From: Verrucomicrobiota bacterium
GTDB lineage: Bacteria; Verrucomicrobiota; Verrucomicrobiia; Limisphaerales; SXQI01
DNA: 39,580 nt
Assembly (NCBI GenBank): GCA_033762115.1
Contig: JANRLX010000114.1
Coordinates: 1 to 39,580 of the forward strand
Direction of reading: 5' to 3'
The notes under the pieces were generated by a model that saw nothing but the letters and a program-made list of their open reading frames with translations, made no database searches and was not told where the DNA came from. The position numbers and the translations under genes are program-made. Below, piece by piece: positions 34,809-39,580 of the stretch (positions are counted from its first letter, which is position 1; the number at the start of each line of letters is the position of its first letter).

Positions 34809-36473
34809 TCAGGCGCGTTTCCGAAAAAGAGCTGTTAATAAAAAGAGGGCAGAAAAAGCAACGCAACCATAACCGAACAGATCCCCATTTTTAGAATAAA
34901 ATGTGAGTTCATGCTTTCCCTCGGCGAGCACAGGAACTTCCACAATTTTATAACCTGCCTTATAGATATCAGGAGAACCGTCAGCAAATCGCTCATTATG
35001 GATCACACCCAGGGAATCAATCCAGCAAGTCAACCCATTGTTTGCGCAACGGACAAATGGCACTCCGAGTTCAATGGCCCTGAACGCCCCATTCATCGCA
35101 TGCTGCCATTGCGCCGCACTTTCTCCAAACCACCCGTTGTTCGTCAAATTTAGCAGAAAATCCGTATCTTCCGTGACATACTCCCTGGCCAAATGCGGAA
35201 AAATATCCTCAAAACAGATCATGACGGACGTCCTGATGTCCAAATCTGAAAGGTGAAACGGCACTGCTTTTGTCCCCGGCGTGAATCCAACGTCTCCAAT
35301 CGGGGTCAGGAATTTCATGAATGGAAAATATTGCACCAGGGGCACATACTCACCAAACATCACCAGTTGCCTTTTTTTATAATCTCCGGCCAGCTCTCCC
35401 CTCGGCGAAATCGCAAAACTGCTGTTATAAAAAATCCAGTTCCTGTTTTCCCTCTCATCCTGTGATTTCGGCTCAGCATCATCTGTCCCCACGATTGCCC
35501 AAACTCCATGGTCACGCACCAGCCTCACCAATTCTCCTGCCGTCTCCGGGTTATGCCGCAACATGTTGGGAACCGCCGCTTCTGGCCAGATCAGAACTTT
35601 TGGCTTCTCCGCCAGCGCTTTTTCGGAGAGATCAATCAGTTGATTAAATCGATTGGTGCTCTCCTTTTCATTCCAGATCATCACTTGCGGAATACTCGGC
35701 TGAACGAGGGCCAGCTTCACTGTCTGCTCCGGCTTCCGGAAATTGAGAATTTTTCTCATTCCATACGCTGCAACGATTGCCACCAGCAGGAGCGCCAGAA
35801 TGACTTCTCTCATCCAAAGGAATCGTTGAGCCGGAAACCGTCCAAGGAAAATCCCGGCGGTCATCAGGGCACATGAGCCGTAAACCACCACAAACGAAAC
35901 TCCATAAACTCCTGTGAAGGAACTGATCTGGACCAGCGGCAGCACTGGCAGCTGAGACACCCCTGCAAGATTCCACGGAAATCCCGTTAACAAACGCGCC
36001 ATCACCATTTCAAGCGAAACCCAGGTCATTGCAACTCCCACCAGCCACAACGCACGGCGACTCCATGACACGCCACAGAATTTCGACAAACGTTCCTGGG
36101 TGGACAATTCAGGATCAATGAATTGAGGAAAAATAAGCGATGACAGCCAGACCCAGATTCCTGGGTAAATTGCAAGATACGCAGAAAGCGCCAGCCAGCC
36201 TGAAATCGCGCCTGCCGGAAATGGGATTAGCAGCAGCCAGTAAAGTGACACCATGAACTGCGCCAGGCCAGCCGCATACCCCAGTCGAAAGCTGTCCCAA
36301 CCACGGGTACCAATACCGGAAAGGAGAATTAATCCGGGTCCCAGCCAGGCCAGCGCCGCAATGCTGAATTTTTGAAATGAAAACGCCAGGCAAAGCCCCC
36401 CGGCCACCGCCAGCCAGAGTCGGAATGACCGATAAAACGGTTTTCTGCCAATCCTGGTAGGCTCTGGATTCAA
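34809..36473 (-). CDS. lnt: Apolipoprotein N-acyltransferase
   Basis: GFPWN and the nitrilase triad WPEAA / YKKRQLVMFGEY / ICFED, plus TNNGWFG and RCANNG. TTG start overlaps the upstream stop. Confidence 0.95.
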   Translation of the reverse strand: MNPEPTRIGRKPFYRSFRLWLAVAGGLCLAFSFQKFSIAALAWLGPGLILLSGIGTRGWDSFRLGYAAGLAQFMVSLYWLLLIPFPAGAISGWLALSAYLAIYPGIWVWLSSLIFPQFIDPELSTQERLSKFCGVSWSRRALWLVGVAMTWVSLEMVMARLLTGFPWNLAGVSQLPVLPLVQISSFTGVYGVSFVVVYGSCALMTAGIFLGRFPAQRFLWMREVILALLLVAIVAAYGMRKILNFRKPEQTVKLALVQPSIPQVMIWNEKESTNRFNQLIDLSEKALAEKPKVLIWPEAAVPNMLRHNPETAGELVRLVRDHGVWAIVGTDDAEPKSQDERENRNWIFYNSSFAISPRGELAGDYKKRQLVMFGEYVPLVQYFPFMKFLTPIGDVGFTPGTKAVPFHLSDLDIRTSVMICFEDIFPHLAREYVTEDTDFLLNLTNNGWFGESAAQWQHAMNGAFRAIELGVPFVRCANNGLTCWIDSLGVIHNERFADGSPDIYKAGYKIVEVPVLAEGKHELTFYSKNGDLFGYGCVAFSALFLLTALFRKRA

Positions 36474-37171
36474 CGCTGTAATGGATTCGTCGAAGCCAGG
36501 AACGGTTCGCCGCCCGAAAATGAATTGTCTGTCAGCAGCAGACGGTCAATCTCCGCATATTGCTTCACCACCCTGGTGGCCCGAAAAAGTCGATCCGCAG
36601 GCAGCGAATTGGTGATCGCAATGACTTCCATTCCTGCATTCACTCCCGCTTCCACCCCTGCCGCCGAGTCCTCAATCACGCAACATTTGGAAGGTGAAAC
36701 CGCAAGCAATTGGGCTGCACGTAAAAAAACGTCCGGCGCAGGCTTTCCTTTCCCAACATCCTGTACACTGACCACCACCGGAAAAAATCGTCGCAAATTT
36801 TTCATCGCCAGAACTTCGTCAATTACCGGGTGCAACGAACCTGAGGCCAGTGCCAGCTTATAGCGTAAAGAGAGACGTTCAACGAGATCGGGCAAACTTT
36901 CAAAGATCGGCTGCTCCTTCCTGATGATTTCCAGGAAACGGCGCTGTTTCCATTCGGTCAGGTATTCCAGCGTTTCCTTCGGTTGATGCAGCGCAATGAA
37001 ATCATCCCACAACGCCCTGTCCGAGCGGCCATAATATTTTGGAAAATCAATGCCATGTGATTCGCCGTACCCCATTTCAGCAAACACTTCACGGAATGCC
37101 TGCTCATGACGCGGTTCGCTGTCAATAATCACCCCATCCATGTCAAAAATGACTGCCTCAAATTTTTTCAT
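36470..37171 (-). CDS. HAD-superfamily phosphatase (beta-phosphoglucomutase-like, subfamily IA)
   Basis: FDMDGVIIDSE, LASGS, GKPAPDVF and IEDS..G..AG. Confidence 0.92.
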   Translation of the reverse strand: MKKFEAVIFDMDGVIIDSEPRHEQAFREVFAEMGYGESHGIDFPKYYGRSDRALWDDFIALHQPKETLEYLTEWKQRRFLEIIRKEQPIFESLPDLVERLSLRYKLALASGSLHPVIDEVLAMKNLRRFFPVVVSVQDVGKGKPAPDVFLRAAQLLAVSPSKCCVIEDSAAGVEAGVNAGMEVIAITNSLPADRLFRATRVVKQYAEIDRLLLTDNSFSGGEPFLASTNPLQR

Positions 37172-37173
37172 TG

Positions 37174-37569
37174 CTAATTATTTTCAGCCGGACGTTCCAC
37201 CAGGTGCAGGATGTTTCCCTCCGGATCATTAAAAAAGAGCACCCTCCCGCCACCGCCTGCCGGTTTGATCGGCTCGGTGATCCTCACCCCTGATCTTTCC
37301 AAATGCAATCGGGCTTCCTCAATCGACTTTACCTTGATCGCAATATGCCTCCACCCACCCAGTTTATTGTTCTGCACATCACCGATCTGCTTCAACGACG
37401 GGTAAATCTCAAATTGCATTCCGCCAAATCGAATCATGTAGGCTGGAGGAGCTTCGTCGGTGACGAACACCACCTCTGCGCCGAATACCTGCGCGTACCA
37501 CTCCTTGAGCGCTGTCGTATCCGCAGCCGCAACACCGCAATGCTCAACCTGAAATTCTCCAGGACTCAT
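37174..37569 (-). CDS. VOC/glyoxalase family protein
   Basis: EHCGV...WY..VFG, FEI, RHIAIKV and FFNDPEGNILHL. Confidence 0.88.
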   Translation of the reverse strand: MSPGEFQVEHCGVAAADTTALKEWYAQVFGAEVVFVTDEAPPAYMIRFGGMQFEIYPSLKQIGDVQNNKLGGWRHIAIKVKSIEEARLHLERSGVRITEPIKPAGGGGRVLFFNDPEGNILHLVERPAENN

Positions 37570-37586
37570 CCTCAGGGTGTCCTTCC

Positions 37587-38696
37587 CTATTTCAAACTTT
37601 CAGGATTAAGCGGTTTCAAATCACGCGGCATGAATTTGCCGTCTTTACGGATCAGTTCCCCATCAAACCATACTTCCCCCCCACCCCATTCCGGGCGCTG
37701 GATCAACACCATGTCCCAATGAACCGCCGAGCGATTGCCGTTGTCCGCCACTTCATAAGCCTGCCCGGGAGTGAAATGCAATGAACCAGCGATCTTTTCA
37801 TCAAAGAGGGTATCGCACATCGGATTTTGGATATAAGGATTGAAACCCAGCGAAAATTCGCCGATGTAACGTGCCCCGGCATCAGTATCCAGTATCTGGT
37901 TTAATCTCTCATTGTTGTTCGAACTGGCTTTCACAATTTTCCCAGCTTCAAACTCCAGCTTTACATTTTCAAATCGCGTCCCGGAGTAGATCGTCGGGGT
38001 ATTGAATGCAATGGTCCCCTCTACCGAGTCCTTTACCGGGCAGGAAAACACCTCTCCATCCGGTACATTTAATTTTCCGTCACACGTTTTCGCCCCAATT
38101 CCCTTGATGCTGAATCGAAGATCGGTCCCGGGTCCCTTCAGATGCACCTTGTCCGCCTTTTCCATTCTCTTTAAAAGCGGCTCCATCGCCCTGGCCATCT
38201 TCCGATAATCCATTGTACAGACATCAAAATAGAAATTTTCAAACGATTCCGTGCTCATCCCCGCCGCTTGTGCCATGCTCGGATTCGGCCAACGCAGAAC
38301 CACCCAGCGAGTTTTGTTGACACGATAATTCATCACCGGTCGCAACGTTTTCGAGTAAAGGTTGACGTTTTCGCTTGGGACATCCGCATTTTCATTGGCA
38401 TTCCCGCTGCCTCGAATGGCAATGTAGGCCTGCATCTTCTTCATGCGGAACATTTCAATCTCCCGCACCAGCGCCGCATGCTCCGGGCTGGTCCCCTTCA
38501 GGATCTCGCGGCTGATCCGTGTATGTCGTGTTTCAACAATCGGTATCGCTCCCGCCTTTCGCACGGCCCTCATCAGTTCCACCGTGAATTCATCCGGGAC
38601 ATCAATCATGTCCAGGAGAATTTTCTCTCCCTTTTTCAATTCCGTGGAGTAGGTCACGAGCAATGTGGCCAGTTTTGTATAACGAGGATCAGTCAT
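37587..38696 (-). CDS. Aminopeptidase, M29 family (AmpS/AmpT-like)
   Basis: DPRYTKLA, NVPDGEVF, IGEFSLG, FDEKIAGSLH and SAVHWDMV. Confidence 0.93.
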   Translation of the reverse strand: MTDPRYTKLATLLVTYSTELKKGEKILLDMIDVPDEFTVELMRAVRKAGAIPIVETRHTRISREILKGTSPEHAALVREIEMFRMKKMQAYIAIRGSGNANENADVPSENVNLYSKTLRPVMNYRVNKTRWVVLRWPNPSMAQAAGMSTESFENFYFDVCTMDYRKMARAMEPLLKRMEKADKVHLKGPGTDLRFSIKGIGAKTCDGKLNVPDGEVFSCPVKDSVEGTIAFNTPTIYSGTRFENVKLEFEAGKIVKASSNNNERLNQILDTDAGARYIGEFSLGFNPYIQNPMCDTLFDEKIAGSLHFTPGQAYEVADNGNRSAVHWDMVLIQRPEWGGGEVWFDGELIRKDGKFMPRDLKPLNPESLK

Positions 38697-38705
38697 GAAT
38701 TTATA

Positions 38706-38734
38706 ATATTAAGCTACCGTTAGCGGGCCATCAA
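38706..38734 (-). promoter_or_regulatory. Candidate sigma70 promoter for the aminopeptidase, giving a near-leaderless mRNA
   Basis: On the minus strand TTGATG-N17-TAATAT ends 9 nt before the ATG at 38696. No SD. Confidence 0.4.
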
Positions 38735-39038
38735 ACTGAGTTAAACTGAGGACTTCAGTGCGTGCAACATGCGGCCCATGCAACTCTCCTTTGGGCGCAA
38801 AAAAGAAGGTGCCAGGAGAATACACAACGCCTGACTCCTCCCATTCTCCTTCCAGGACATAGGCATGTTCATTGGCTTGCGGATGAATATGCGCCGGAAC
38901 CGTCACCCCACGGGCAAATTTACGGAGAACAACCAAACCACCCGTCCTCTCATTGCGATGCAGGACCTTCAGTTCCACACCGGGATAAGGTCCCGGCTGC
39001 CAATTTTTCTCCCCTGCGTTTGCAACATACTGAAACAT
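38709..39038 (-). CDS. Cupin domain protein (ChrR-like cupin)
   Basis: W.PGPYPGVELKVL, PAHIHPQANEHAYVLEG and PKGELHGP. Likely ATG at 39038 (MFQYVAN). Confidence 0.87.
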   Translation of the reverse strand: MFQYVANAGEKNWQPGPYPGVELKVLHRNERTGGLVVLRKFARGVTVPAHIHPQANEHAYVLEGEWEESGVVYSPGTFFFAPKGELHGPHVARTEVLSLTQFDGPLTVA

Positions 39039-39093
39039 CCCCACATGAAACTGCACGCAGGCCCCCTTTTCAAGCGGCTTCGCCTTCGCGATG

Positions 39094-39580
39094 CTACTTC
39101 GCTGCGAACTCCACGAAATTTGAAAGCAGTTGCAATCCGATCTTTTGACTCTTCTCCGGGTGAAACTGGGTGGCAAAAACATTTTCCTTCCATACTGCCG
39201 ACGAAAAGGTGGTGCCATACTCAGTCCGGGCCGCCACGATGCTTTCATCTACAGGCTGCGGATAAAAACTGTGAACGAAATAAACGTAACTGCCATTCGG
39301 GATGTTCTTCCACAGGGGACAATCCGGCCGGGTGATCTGAAGCTGGTTCCAACCAATCTGCGGGACCTTCAATCCATTGGCATGGTCAAATTTCACCACT
39401 CGCCCCTTGAAAAAGCCAAACCCCGCCGCGCAGCTGTTAAATTCATCGCTGCCATCGAACAATGCCTGGTACCCAACGCATATTCCCAGAAACGGTTTGC
39501 CTTCCTCAATTGCGGTGCGTGTTGCCGCCACGATCTCCTGCTTGTGCAGCGAGTTCATGCAATCATCAAACGCCCCCACC
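39094..39580 (-). CDS. hisH: Imidazole glycerol phosphate synthase glutaminase subunit (5' end outside window)
   Basis: VGAF, PFLGICVGYQ, KVPQIGWN, YFVHSF and QFHPEKS. Confidence 0.96.
   Translation of the reverse strand, partial: VGAFDDCMNSLHKQEIVAATRTAIEEGKPFLGICVGYQALFDGSDEFNSCAAGFGFFKGRVVKFDHANGLKVPQIGWNQLQITRPDCPLWKNIPNGSYVYFVHSFYPQPVDESIVAARTEYGTTFSSAVWKENVFATQFHPEKSQKIGLQLLSNFVEFAAK

Noticed and set aside
1..39580. CRISPR arrays, tRNA/rRNA, IS/integrase, prophage or defence genes
   Set aside because: I saw no regularly spaced direct repeats, cloverleafs, or transposase, integrase or phage motifs by eye, and almost all sequence is accounted for by CDS.

Overview
Gene-dense chromosomal window (about 29 CDS), most likely from a Verrucomicrobiota (PVC superphylum) genome. 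That assignment is an inference from the DUF1501 protein, the DUF1559-type prepilin-like protein, a large secreted protein ending in a 'DPDGDG..N..EY' domain, and scarce Shine-Dalgarno sites. Housekeeping genes: acnA (5'-truncated), der, ROK kinase, ppx/gppA, an lptF/G-family permease, chdC/hemQ, hemW, lnt, an M29 aminopeptidase and hisH (5'-truncated). I found no tRNA, rRNA, CRISPR array or transposase. Main points of interest: (1) An 11.8 kb, tightly coupled 7-gene operon (3046-14870) combines a MoxR AAA+/DUF58/two membrane VWA proteins/coiled-coil module with an ABC-type binding lipoprotein and a permease. The permease is fused through an internal lipoprotein-signal-like segment to a six-bladed NHL propeller, and no ABC ATPase is present. 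(2) A candidate ~140 nt small RNA (24772-24911) has an ECF/sigmaE-like promoter, three hairpins, a duplicated GU-rich motif and an intrinsic terminator. (3) A pseudo-receiver/chdC/hemW cluster. (4) A 2094 aa secreted IPT/beta-helix protein preceded by an 82 bp concentric palindrome. All calls come from reading motifs by eye; no searches were run.
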